Shown here one piece after another: positions 18,653-27,800 of a DNA stretch of 32,000 bases. The position numbers were made by a program, and so were the translations under genes. Origin of the DNA: Gemmata obscuriglobus (lineage in GTDB: Bacteria > Planctomycetota > Planctomycetia > Gemmatales > Gemmataceae); the NCBI RefSeq assembly GCF_008065095.1, contig NZ_CP042911.1:1110001-1142000 (forward strand), written 5' to 3'. The stretch's first letter is position 1; the number at the start of each line of letters is the position of its first letter. A model generated the notes under the pieces. The model searched no databases, had not been told where the DNA came from, and saw nothing but the letters and a program-made list of their open reading frames with translations.

Positions 18653-20536
18653 ATGTCGCAGAGCGTACTGACCGCGGCCGTCACCCGGGTGCGCCGGGCG
18701 GCTCGCGCCGATTCGGCCGACGGGGAGCTGGTCACCCGGTTCGGCGCCACCGGCGACCCAGACGCGTTCGCGGAGCTGGTGCGCCGGCACGGGCCGATGG
18801 TGTCGGCGGTGTGCCGGCGGGTCACCCGGCACCGGCACGACGCCGAGGACGCGTTCCAGGCCGCGTTCCTGGTGCTGGCCCGCAAGGCCGGCGAGCTGGA
18901 CCCGCCGGGCGCGGTGGGCGGGTGGCTGTTCGGGGTGGCGGTGAACACCGCCCGGGCGGCCCGGCGGCGGTCCGCCCGGCGGTACGCCCGCGAGTCGCTG
19001 ACGGCGGCCCCGCCCGAGGCCGGCGGGTGCGAGCCGGAGCCGGACTTCGACACCCGGGCCGCGGTGGCCGAGGCGGTGGCCGAGTTGCCCGAGCGGTACC
19101 GCGCCCTGGTGGTCGCGTGCGACCTGCGGGGCGAGCCCCAGGCGGTGGTCGCGCGGCGGCTCGGGCTGCCGGTGGGGACCGTGTACAGCCGGCTCTCGAG
19201 CGCCCGCCGGTTGCTCGCCGAGCGGCTCCGGCGCCGGGGCGTCGGGGCCGCGTCGGGTGCGGCGGCGCTGGGCGCGCTGGCGCCCGACGCGGCGGCACTC
19301 CCACCGATCTCCGATTGCCCGTCCGCGAGCGTCACGGAACTGACGGAGGCGATCATGGCACAAGGGTCTACGCTGAAGTGGAAGCTGGCCGCGTGTGTGG
19401 TGCTGGTGGGCGTCACACTCGGCCTGGGCGCGGAGCCGTTCAAGCCGGCCGCCGTGCCCGCACCGGCCCCGCGGCCGGCGGACGAGTCGCGGCTGGTGCT
19501 GCGGTTCGGCGGGCACGTCCGGTTCCTGAAGCCGGACGGCACCGAGGTGGCGCGGGTCACCGCGGCGGACGCGGTGAAGGCCGGAGCGGACATGCCGACG
19601 CAGTCGCTCTCGCTCGGCCTTTCATCGAGCGAGGGGATCCGCGCCGTGCGGTCCGAGGAGTTCGGTCTGTGCGGCCGGGCCGCCCCGGATGGGCGGCTCC
19701 CGCTCGAAACCCGTAAGGGGCTGTACCTACTCACCTCGGGCACGCCGCCGGTCGTTGCTCCGGTGAAGGCGGCAAAAGGTGACGCGGCGCTGTTTGCATC
19801 GGGCGAGGTGCCGCCCATCGTTGCCTGGTCGGCGGACGGCAAACGGGCCGTCGGTTGCCGGCTCAAGCACCCTCTGTTCTCGACGCCCGTGTACGAGCAC
19901 GTGCTGATCGATCTGGCCGCGGGGACAACGACCGCGCTGAACCTGCCGAAGAACCATAAGGTCGTGGACTGGTCCGCGGACGGATGGTTCCTCACCATCG
20001 GCGAGGAGCGCTTGGGGTACCTGAAAGGTTGGTCGGTGACATCGCAGGCGCTGTGCAAGGTGTCGGCGAACGGCCGGATCAGCGAGGTTCTGGCCACTTA
20101 CTCGTTCACAGGGGATTGGACGCAAAACGGAGAATGGCTCAACACCGCGGCCCTGTCGCCGGACGGCACGCGCGTGGCGTGCCTCGTGAACACCACGGAA
20201 CCGGTGGGCGAGAAGAAAGAGCCACTTCTGGGCCTGAAAATTACGGCGTTTGATCTCGCTAAAAAAGAACGGGTTGCGGTCCTTCACGAAGAGCGGAGCA
20301 AACGGGTCGCGGGGAGGAGCAGCAATCGACTTCCCTACGCCCTGAACTGGGCGCCGGACGGCTCCCGCCTCGCATTCCTTTGCTTCTCACACGACTACCA
20401 GTCCGATGCGCTGGCATCGTCCGGCTGGCACGTCGGTGTGGTCGGTGCGGACGGGACAGGAGCGAAGACCGTCTTCAGCTCCGACTTTCCAGGCGGAAAG
20501 GGGATGCCCACCACCGCCCAACTCGACTGGCGGTAA
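18653..20536 (+). CDS. ECF (sigma-70 family) RNA polymerase sigma factor fused to a TM helix and an extracytoplasmic beta-propeller-like (PD40/WD40-like) domain
   Basis: GGAGG lies 7 nt upstream of the ATG at 18653. Region 2 reads FAELVRRHGPMVSAVCRRV...DAEDAFQAAFLVLARKA. The region 4 HTH reads LPERYRALVVACDLRGEPQAVVARRLGLPVGTVYSRLSSARRLL. A single TM helix (WKLAACVVLVGVTLGLGA) follows. The C-terminal roughly 370 aa carries recurrent WSADGKRAV, WSADGWFL, LSPDGTRVA and WAPDGSRLAF motifs. Confidence 0.85.
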   Translation: MSQSVLTAAVTRVRRAARADSADGELVTRFGATGDPDAFAELVRRHGPMVSAVCRRVTRHRHDAEDAFQAAFLVLARKAGELDPPGAVGGWLFGVAVNTARAARRRSARRYARESLTAAPPEAGGCEPEPDFDTRAAVAEAVAELPERYRALVVACDLRGEPQAVVARRLGLPVGTVYSRLSSARRLLAERLRRRGVGAASGAAALGALAPDAAALPPISDCPSASVTELTEAIMAQGSTLKWKLAACVVLVGVTLGLGAEPFKPAAVPAPAPRPADESRLVLRFGGHVRFLKPDGTEVARVTAADAVKAGADMPTQSLSLGLSSSEGIRAVRSEEFGLCGRAAPDGRLPLETRKGLYLLTSGTPPVVAPVKAAKGDAALFASGEVPPIVAWSADGKRAVGCRLKHPLFSTPVYEHVLIDLAAGTTTALNLPKNHKVVDWSADGWFLTIGEERLGYLKGWSVTSQALCKVSANGRISEVLATYSFTGDWTQNGEWLNTAALSPDGTRVACLVNTTEPVGEKKEPLLGLKITAFDLAKKERVAVLHEERSKRVAGRSSNRLPYALNWAPDGSRLAFLCFSHDYQSDALASSGWHVGVVGADGTGAKTVFSSDFPGGKGMPTTAQLDWR

Positions 20537-20547
20537 CACGTTCCCAC

Positions 20548-20572
20548 AACCCGGCGGTGACCTCGCCGGGTT
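20548..20572. terminator. hairpin between convergent genes (possible bidirectional terminator)
   Basis: AACCCGGCG-GTGACCT-CGCCGGGTT forms a 9-bp stem. It lies between the sigma-fusion stop (20536) and the priA stop (20571-20573) and overlaps the latter. Confidence 0.4.
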
Positions 20573-22979
20573 ACAGCATGCTGTACGGGTCGATGTCCAC
20601 CTGGAACTCGACCCCGTGCGGCGGCTTCGCCAGCGCCAGCACGTTCCGCAGCACCTCGTGCAGCACCGCGCTGCTGTCCGACTGCAACTGGAAGTGGAAC
20701 CGGTAGAAGTTGTTCAGCCGGAACACCGGGCACTCCGCCGGCCCCAGCAAGCGTACCGGGGCCTCGGGCGACGGGCGGCCGGTGCTCATTGCCCGCCGGA
20801 TCGCCTCCTTGAACGCCGTCGCGAGCACGTCCGCGAACGCCGCCGCGGCCTCTTCCTTCTCGCTCCGCACGATCATCCGCGCCATCCGCTCGTAGGGCGG
20901 GTACTTGTGCAGCTTCCGGTGGACGAGTTCCATCTTCGCGAACTCGTTGTAGTTGTGGTGCGACGCCAGCGTGATGCACGGGTGCTCGGGCGTGAACGTC
21001 TGCACCAGCACCTGCCCGCCGCGCGTCCCGCGCCCCGCCCGGCCCGCCACCTGGGCGAGCAACTGGAACGTCCGCTCGGCGCTGCGGAAGTCGGGCAGGT
21101 GCAGCCCCACGTCCGCGTTCACCACGCCCACGAGCGTCACGTTCGGGAAGTCGAGCCCCTTCGCGATCATCTGCGTGCCGACGAGGATCTGGATCAGCCC
21201 GTCGCGGAACGCGTCCAGCACCCGCTGGTGGCTCCCGGGCTTGGACATCGTGTCGGAGTCCATCCGCTGGCACACGCTCCCCGGGAACTTCTCCTCGATC
21301 TCGACTTGCAGCTTCTCCGTCCCGAGCCCCTGGTAGCGCATCGAGGGCTGCGCGCACGTCGGGCACTTCTGGAACGGCGCCGTCTCGAACCCGCAGTAGT
21401 GGCACATCAGCGAGTTCTTCGTGCGGTGGAACGTCATCGCGAGGTCGCAGTTGGCGCACTGCGCCACGTACCCGCACGCCTCGCAGTGGACGTGCGTGCT
21501 GAACCCGCGGCGGTTCAGCAGCAGGATGATCTGCCCCTTGTCCTTGAGGGTCTGGCGCATCGCGGCCTCGAGCGTCGGGCCGATGGCCCCGGGCTTGCCG
21601 GGCGCCTTCGGCTCGTGCCGCAGGTCCACGACCTTCACCGCGGGCATCGGTCGGCTCGCTACGCGGTTCGGCATGCTCAAAACCGTGTAGTTGCCCTTCT
21701 CCGCGTTGGCCCAGCTCTCGAGGCTCGGCGTCGCCGAGCCCATAAGGATGGGGATGCCCTCCAGACGCGCCCGCATCACCGCCACGTCGCGGGCGTGGTA
21801 CCGCGGGGTCGATTCCTGCTTGAAGCTGTTCTCGTGCTCCTCGTCGATGATGATGAGCCCGAGCTTGCGCGTGGGGGCGAACACGGCGCTGCGGGCGCCG
21901 ACCACCACGTGGATGTGCCCGGTGGCGATGCGGCGCCAGTACCCGCCGCGCTCGGCGTCGGTCAGGTGGCTGTGCATCACCGCGAGGTTCCCGCACCGCC
22001 CCTGGAACCGCGAAATGGTTTGCGGCGTGAGCGAGATCTCGGGCACCAGAACGACGACCTCTTTACCCTGCTTCACCACCTCCTCGATGGCCCGCAGGTA
22101 CACCTCCGTTTTGCCGCTCCCGGTCACGCCGTGCAGCAGGAACGGGTGGTAGCCGCCGGCGGCGAGCGCCTCGCCGATCGGCTTCCAGACGCGGAGCTGG
22201 TCCGCGTTGAGCTCGATCTCCTTGCGCGCCTCATCAGTCCCCTGCGCGTTCTCGCTTTCGGCGGACTCGTGCGCCCCGCTCGCCTCGGTCTCGATGCGCT
22301 CGCTGAACTTGCGCACCAGCCCCTTCTTGATGAGCCCCGACACCACCCCGGCGGTACACTTCGCCAGCCGCGCGAGCTGGAGGATCTCGAGCGGGCGGTT
22401 CTCCTTCTTGAGCTTGTCGAGCGCCGCCTTCTGCTGCGGCGTGACGGTGGGCAGCGGGTTGGGCAGGCTCTCGCGCGGGACCGGCTCCACGAACGACGCC
22501 ATCCGCGTGCCGGCGTTGTCGCGCACCCCGGCGGGGACGACCGCGTGCAGCACCTGGCCCCACCCGCACAGGTAGTAGTCCGCCATCCAGCGGGTGAGCT
22601 TCATGAGGTGCTCGTCAACGATCGCGTCGTCGTCGAGCACGCGGGTGACGGTTTTGATCTCGTAGCCGGAGGTGGGCTCGTCGTCGGTGACGCGGACGCA
22701 GAACCCGGCGGTGGCCTTCCCGCCCTTGCCGAAAGGCACCTCGACCCGCTTCCCGACGCCGATCTTGGCCACCAACTCGGCGGGCACGGCGTAGGTGTAG
22801 GCGTGGTCGAGCGGGCGGTCGAACACGACGTCCGCGAACAGCCCGCCGGGCGTGCGGGTGGCGCGTACCGCGCGGGGCTCGTTCGGCTTGTCCCGCTCGT
22901 CTTCGATGTCGAACAGGGTGTCGTGGGCCGTCATGGCCGGTCGCTCCGCGGCGTCGGGCGTGAGTGTGTTCATGCGCAC
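20571..22979 (-). CDS. priA: primosomal protein N' (replication restart helicase PriA)
   Basis: The Walker A motif is LLHGVTGSGKTEVY and the DEEH box is IIIDEEHE. The Cys-rich zinc-binding insert is CEACGYVAQCANCDLAMTFH...CHYCG...CPTC. The C-terminal domain is conserved. The start is uncertain (22979, 22973 or 22934); the ATG at 22934 has GGAG 9 nt upstream. Confidence 0.95.
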   Translation of the reverse strand: MRMNTLTPDAAERPAMTAHDTLFDIEDERDKPNEPRAVRATRTPGGLFADVVFDRPLDHAYTYAVPAELVAKIGVGKRVEVPFGKGGKATAGFCVRVTDDEPTSGYEIKTVTRVLDDDAIVDEHLMKLTRWMADYYLCGWGQVLHAVVPAGVRDNAGTRMASFVEPVPRESLPNPLPTVTPQQKAALDKLKKENRPLEILQLARLAKCTAGVVSGLIKKGLVRKFSERIETEASGAHESAESENAQGTDEARKEIELNADQLRVWKPIGEALAAGGYHPFLLHGVTGSGKTEVYLRAIEEVVKQGKEVVVLVPEISLTPQTISRFQGRCGNLAVMHSHLTDAERGGYWRRIATGHIHVVVGARSAVFAPTRKLGLIIIDEEHENSFKQESTPRYHARDVAVMRARLEGIPILMGSATPSLESWANAEKGNYTVLSMPNRVASRPMPAVKVVDLRHEPKAPGKPGAIGPTLEAAMRQTLKDKGQIILLLNRRGFSTHVHCEACGYVAQCANCDLAMTFHRTKNSLMCHYCGFETAPFQKCPTCAQPSMRYQGLGTEKLQVEIEEKFPGSVCQRMDSDTMSKPGSHQRVLDAFRDGLIQILVGTQMIAKGLDFPNVTLVGVVNADVGLHLPDFRSAERTFQLLAQVAGRAGRGTRGGQVLVQTFTPEHPCITLASHHNYNEFAKMELVHRKLHKYPPYERMARMIVRSEKEEAAAAFADVLATAFKEAIRRAMSTGRPSPEAPVRLLGPAECPVFRLNNFYRFHFQLQSDSSAVLHEVLRNVLALAKPPHGVEFQVDIDPYSML

Positions 22980-23075
22980 AGTTTAGCCGCGCGCGCCGGG
23001 CCCTCAAAGGACGGTTGCCCAACCGCTATCATCGGCACAACGGGTGCGGCGGGATCAGCCGTTGCTGTTTCTGCT

Positions 23076-23108
23076 GAGCGCGGGCGCCCCGCCCAATGGC
23101 ACTTAATA
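23076..23108. repeat. left terminal inverted repeat of the IS
   Basis: See the mobile element entry. It pairs with 24553-24585. Confidence 0.75.
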
Positions 23109-23246
23109 CAACACTGTAACAATTGACATTGTATCGCGGGCACGGTTTTTCGGCACGAGGCCGGCGGTTTGATACGATCGGTTGGCGGGTGCGGCTCGGT
23201 GGGTGTGGCCGTACCGTGGTTGGTTCCCGAACGGCGCTGAGATCCG

Positions 23247-24551
23247 ATGAGTACCACACAACCGGCCCGGTCGGCGTCGGAATGGGGCGTGTTCCAACAG
23301 TTGCTGGCTCGGGACGTGATCGATGCGCTGGCCCCGCCACCGGCCCGAGCGGTGTACACCCCGTGGGTGGTGCTGTGGCTGCTGGTGTACCAGCGGCTCC
23401 ACGGGAACGGCTCGCTGGGTGATGCGGTGAGCCACTTCCTCACCCAGTTCCCGAGCGCCGCCGAACAGCCGTCGGGGGCCACCGGGGGGTACCGCCACGC
23501 TCGCACTCGGCTCCCCAATGCGGTGGTCGCCACCGCCGGGCGCCGGGTGTTCGACACCCTGGTGGCCGCATACCCCCCGTCGTGGCGCGGGCGCCGGGTG
23601 TTCATGATGGACGGCACCACCCTGCGGTTGGCCCCGACCGACGCGCTGCGGGGCGCGTTCACCCCGGCGTCTAACCAGCACGGCCGGTCCCATTGGCCGG
23701 TGATGCATCTGGTGGTGGCCCACGAGTTGGCCAGCGGGTTGGCCGCGCCCCCGCAGCACGGAGCCATGTACGGGCCGGGGGCGGTGGGCGCGGTGCAACT
23801 GGGGCTTCGGTTGATGCCCGATCTGCCACCCGGTTCGGTGATCCTTGGGGACCGCAACTTCGGGGTGTTCGGGTTGGCCCACGGGGCGGTGGCGGGTGGA
23901 CACGACGCGGTGCTGCGGCTCACCCAGAGCCGATTCCAGGCGCTGGTGAAGAAGGCTCAACCCGCCGGGGACGGGCGGTGGGCGCTCACGTGGCACCCGA
24001 GCGTGGCGGATCGCAAGGGGAATCCGGACCTGCGTGCCGACGCGGTGCTCACCGGCTGGTTGCACGAGGTGCCGATCGGGGGCGACCAGCCGCTGTGGTT
24101 GTTCGCCACGGTGGACGGCACCGGGGCCGAGTGGGGGGGGCTCTACCGGCGCCGGTTGGACGTAGAGACGGACATCCGGGATGTGAGGCGCACGCTCGCG
24201 CTGGACCAGACCCGCGGGCGCACGGTGCCGATGGTGGAGAAGGAGTTGGGAGCGGCGCTGCTGGCGTACAACCTGGCCACCCAGGTGCGCCGGGTGGCGG
24301 CGGCCGCGCGTGGGGTGGAACCGCGACGAGTCAGTTTCGCCGGGGTGTGGAGCTTGGTACGGGCGATGGTCCCGATGCTCCGACCGGAACCCGCGGACGG
24401 GCACTGGGAGACCTGGTTCGAGCGGCTCGTTAAGGCCGCCGGGCAGCGGCTGGTGCCCGCCCGCGAGCCCGGACGTCAGTACCCATGCGAACTCATACCC
24501 AAAAGGCGGGGATACCCCGAACGGAAACGACCAAATAAGCAGGCGAGTTAG
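23247..24551 (+). CDS. IS4-family DDE transposase
   Basis: Catalytic-region motifs are VFMMDGTTL (D), VILGDRNFG (D) and YRRRLDVETDIRDVRR, which is a Y-2-R-3-E-6-(K/R) signature. Length is 434 aa. The stop codon lies just inside the right IR. Confidence 0.88.
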   Translation: MSTTQPARSASEWGVFQQLLARDVIDALAPPPARAVYTPWVVLWLLVYQRLHGNGSLGDAVSHFLTQFPSAAEQPSGATGGYRHARTRLPNAVVATAGRRVFDTLVAAYPPSWRGRRVFMMDGTTLRLAPTDALRGAFTPASNQHGRSHWPVMHLVVAHELASGLAAPPQHGAMYGPGAVGAVQLGLRLMPDLPPGSVILGDRNFGVFGLAHGAVAGGHDAVLRLTQSRFQALVKKAQPAGDGRWALTWHPSVADRKGNPDLRADAVLTGWLHEVPIGGDQPLWLFATVDGTGAEWGGLYRRRLDVETDIRDVRRTLALDQTRGRTVPMVEKELGAALLAYNLATQVRRVAAAARGVEPRRVSFAGVWSLVRAMVPMLRPEPADGHWETWFERLVKAAGQRLVPAREPGRQYPCELIPKRRGYPERKRPNKQAS

Positions 24552-24552
24552 A

Positions 24553-24585
24553 TATTAAGTGCCATTGGGCGTCTCGCCCGCGCTC
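24553..24585. repeat. right terminal inverted repeat of the IS
   Basis: See the mobile element entry. Confidence 0.75.
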
Positions 24586-24877
24586 CGGCCGGGCGACCGC
24601 ACACGGTAACGCACCCGCGGAGCATGGCGCCCCCCCTCCCCTCCCGCCGGCGCGACTTTGCGCCGGGCGCAATTCTCCTGCACCGGTGCGAAGTTGGCGG
24701 CGCGGGCGCGGGTGCTGCGACGATTTCCGCACCGTCCGCCCGCTCGCCCGTTCGAAAATGAAATAGCGTGCGAAGAACGGGAAGCGCGCCCGGCCCCGCC
24801 TGTGAGCCCGTAACCGCAAATTTCCCGGCGGGCGCGGCGCCCGGACCGGGCTCGGATCGCCCCGGAGGGTCACGCCG

Positions 24878-27800
24878 ATGCCGTTCCGCCCCACGGTCGA
24901 GCGACTCGAGGACCGGACCGTCCCCGCACTGGTCGCGCAGCGCGGCGACTTCCTCATGATCGGCAACACGCTGGCCCAGGACGCCGGCCCGGGCGTGGTC
25001 GCGCCGGTCGTCGGCACGGTCGGGGCGACCGGCACCAACACGAACGACACCGCCCCCGACGTGTACTGGCGCGCCGACGACCCCACCGCCGGCGCCGCCG
25101 CCGCGAACACGTCGATCACCGTCGCGCAGGCCCGCACCACCGCCGTCCTCACCGTGCCCGCCGGCGCCACGGTCACGCACGCGTTCCTGTACTGGGCCGG
25201 CACCGGCACGGCGGACGCCACCGCCGCCCTCGAGCGGCCCGGCGTGTTCACCCAGGGCGTCACCGCCTCCGCCACGTACACCGCGGCGCTCAACGGCCTG
25301 GCCTACATGGGCGTGGCCGACGTGACGGCCCTGGTGCAGCAGTACGGCAGCGGCGCGTACCGGGTCAGCGATGTGAGCGCGCTGTCCCTCACCAACGTGA
25401 ACAACTCGTCGCTGTTCGCCGGCTGGTCGCTGGTCGTCGTCTACGCCCGCAGCAGCGACCCGTTCCGCACCTTTTTCATTTCCGACCAGCTCAACCAGGT
25501 GCTCAACGGCGGGTCCACCACGGTCGCGCTCAACGGGTTCACGGTGTCCAGCCCGGGGGGCCGCCTGGGGGTCATCGCGTTCGACGGCGACGACTCGCTG
25601 AGCGGGGACGGGCTGTCGGTGAACGGCGTCGCGCTGTCCAACGCCAACAACCCCGCGAACAACGTCTTCAACAGCACCCGGACGAACGACGGGGCCGTGT
25701 CGAGCGACCCGGGCGACCTGCCCCGGCTGACCGGCGGGCCGCGCAGCATGAGCGGCGTCGACATCGACACGTTCGACCTGGCCGGGGCGCTGGCGAGCGG
25801 GCAGACGCAGGCCACCGCCGAGGCCACCACGACCAACGACTCGTACCTCGTCGGCCCGCTGATCCTGGCGATCAACAGCTTCGCCCCGGAGTTCGGCCCG
25901 TCCACCCTCACCGCCACCGACCTCAACGGCGGGGCGCTGCTGCCCGGCGACGTGGTGAGCTACACCGTCTCCGTGCAGAACCAGGGGGACGACGCCTCGT
26001 TGGGGTCCGCGCTGGCGGCGGCGCTGCCGGCCGATGTCACCTACGTGCCCGGGTCGCTCCAGATCCTCTCCGGGGCGAACGCCGGCCCCCAGACCGACGC
26101 CGCGGGCGACGACCCCGGCACCTACGACCCGGTCGCCCGGACCGTGTCCGTGAACCTCGGCGTCGGGGCCGGCGCGGGCGGCGGGGGGCGGCTCGGGATC
26201 GCGGAGACCACCACCGTCACGTTCCAGGTGGTCGTGAACGCGGGCGCCACGCAGGTGGTGATGCCGGTGACCGTGACCGGGGCGGGCGAGACCGGCACCA
26301 CGCCCGTCTCCACCACGCTGACCAGCACCCTGGCCGTCAGCCAAAACGCCACGCCGGCCCTGACCGACCTGGACGGCGACACGGTCCCGTGGGCCGGGGT
26401 CGGGAGCACCGTGCGCCCGGACGCCGGGACCGCCCTGACGGCCGCCGACGCGGACCTGGAGGCGCTCAACGGGGGCCTCGGGGACTGGGCCGGCGCCGCG
26501 CTCACCGTCCGGCGGTCGGGCACCGCCGTGCTCACCGACGTGTTCGGGTTCGACCCGGCCGGCGCGCTGTTCGCCGTGAACGGCAACGCGCTCGAAGCGG
26601 GCGGGCAGGCGTTCGCCACGTTCACCGCCGCCGCGGGCGTGCTCACGGTCGCCTTCACCAGTTCCGGCACCGCGGCCACCACCGCCCTGGTGCGGGACGT
26701 GCTGCGCCGCGTCACCTACCGGAACGACACGCCCGCCGGTGATGCCCCTCTGGTGTACGACCTGAGCGACGGCATCGTCTCGGCGGTGGCGACGGTCACG
26801 ATCACGTCCGACGAGATCTACGTGAACGACGCCGGCGACGCCGCGGACGCCGACCGCAACACGGTCACGCTGCGCGAGGCCGCGGCCGTCGCGGCGGCCC
26901 AGCCGGGCGCGCAAACGGTCCGGTTCGTGTCCGCCGCCTTCGCCGCGCCGCAGACGGTCACGCTCGGCTCGGCCCTCGCGCTCGACGCGGGCCTGACGCT
27001 CGACGCCGGCAACGCGGCCGGCGTCACGGTCACCGGCGCGGCGGTGCAACTGGGCGGCGCGCTCACCTACGTCGCGGGCGCCGGCGACAGCGACACCCTC
27101 GCGAGCGCGATCACCGGCGCCGGAACGTTAGCCAAAACGGGCGCCGGGACGCTCACCCTCTCGGGCACCAACAGCTACACCGGTGGGACCACCGTCACCG
27201 GCGGCACCCTGAGCGTCACCGACGGCGCGAACCTGGGCACCGGACCGGTAACACTGGCCGGCGGCACCACCCTCGAAGTGACCGGGGCCGGTACCCTTGC
27301 GAACACCGTCACCGGCGCCGGCGCGCTCACGAAGACCGGCGCCGGGACGCTCACCCTCTCGGGCGCGAACAGCTACGGCGCCACCACCGTCACCGGCGGC
27401 ACCCTGAGCATCACCGACGGCGCGAACCTGGGCACCGGGGCCGTATCACTGGCCGGCGGCACCACCCTCGAAGTGACCGGGGCTGGCACCCTCAGTAACG
27501 CCGTCACCGGCGCCGGCGCGCTGGTTAAGTCCGGGGCCGGAACGCTCACCCTCTCGGGCACCAACACCTACACCGGTGGGACCGCCGTCACCGGCGACAC
27601 CCTGAGCATCACCGACGGCGCGAACCTGGGCACCGGAGCCGTATCACTGGCCGGCGGCACCACCCTCGAAGTGACCGGGGCCGGCACCCTCAGTAACGCC
27701 GTCACCGGCGCCGGAACGTTAGCCAAAACGGGCGCCGGAACGCTCACCCTCTCGGGCACCAACAGCTACGGCGCCACCACCGTCACCGCCGGCACCCTGA

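Larger units (their letters stand above)
23076..24585 (+). mobile_element. IS4-family-like insertion sequence (about 1.5 kb, single transposase ORF, 33-bp imperfect terminal inverted repeats)
   Basis: The left end 23076-23108 is GAGCGCGGGCGCCCCGCCCAATGGCACTTAATA. The reverse complement of the right end 24553-24585 is GAGCGCGGGCGAGACGCCCAATGGCACTTAATA, giving 30/33 identity with a perfect inner 19 bp. The ends enclose a DDE transposase ORF. No target-site duplication was evident. Confidence 0.8.

Noticed and set aside
18395-19516. Upstream 374 codons of the 790-aa minus-strand ORF 17144..19516
   Set aside because: This part is antisense to the ECF sigma gene and is Arg/Pro/Gly-rich. The real start, with GGAGG and a signal peptide, is at 18394.
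20406-23126. 906-aa plus-strand ORF and 533-aa minus-strand ORF overlapping priA
   Set aside because: They are antisense or off-frame to an unmistakable PriA reading frame, and their translations are low-complexity and Arg/Pro/His-rich.
23123-23128. TTGACA inside the IS left end as the transposase promoter -35 box
   Set aside because: No acceptable -10 hexamer was found at 16-18 nt spacing.
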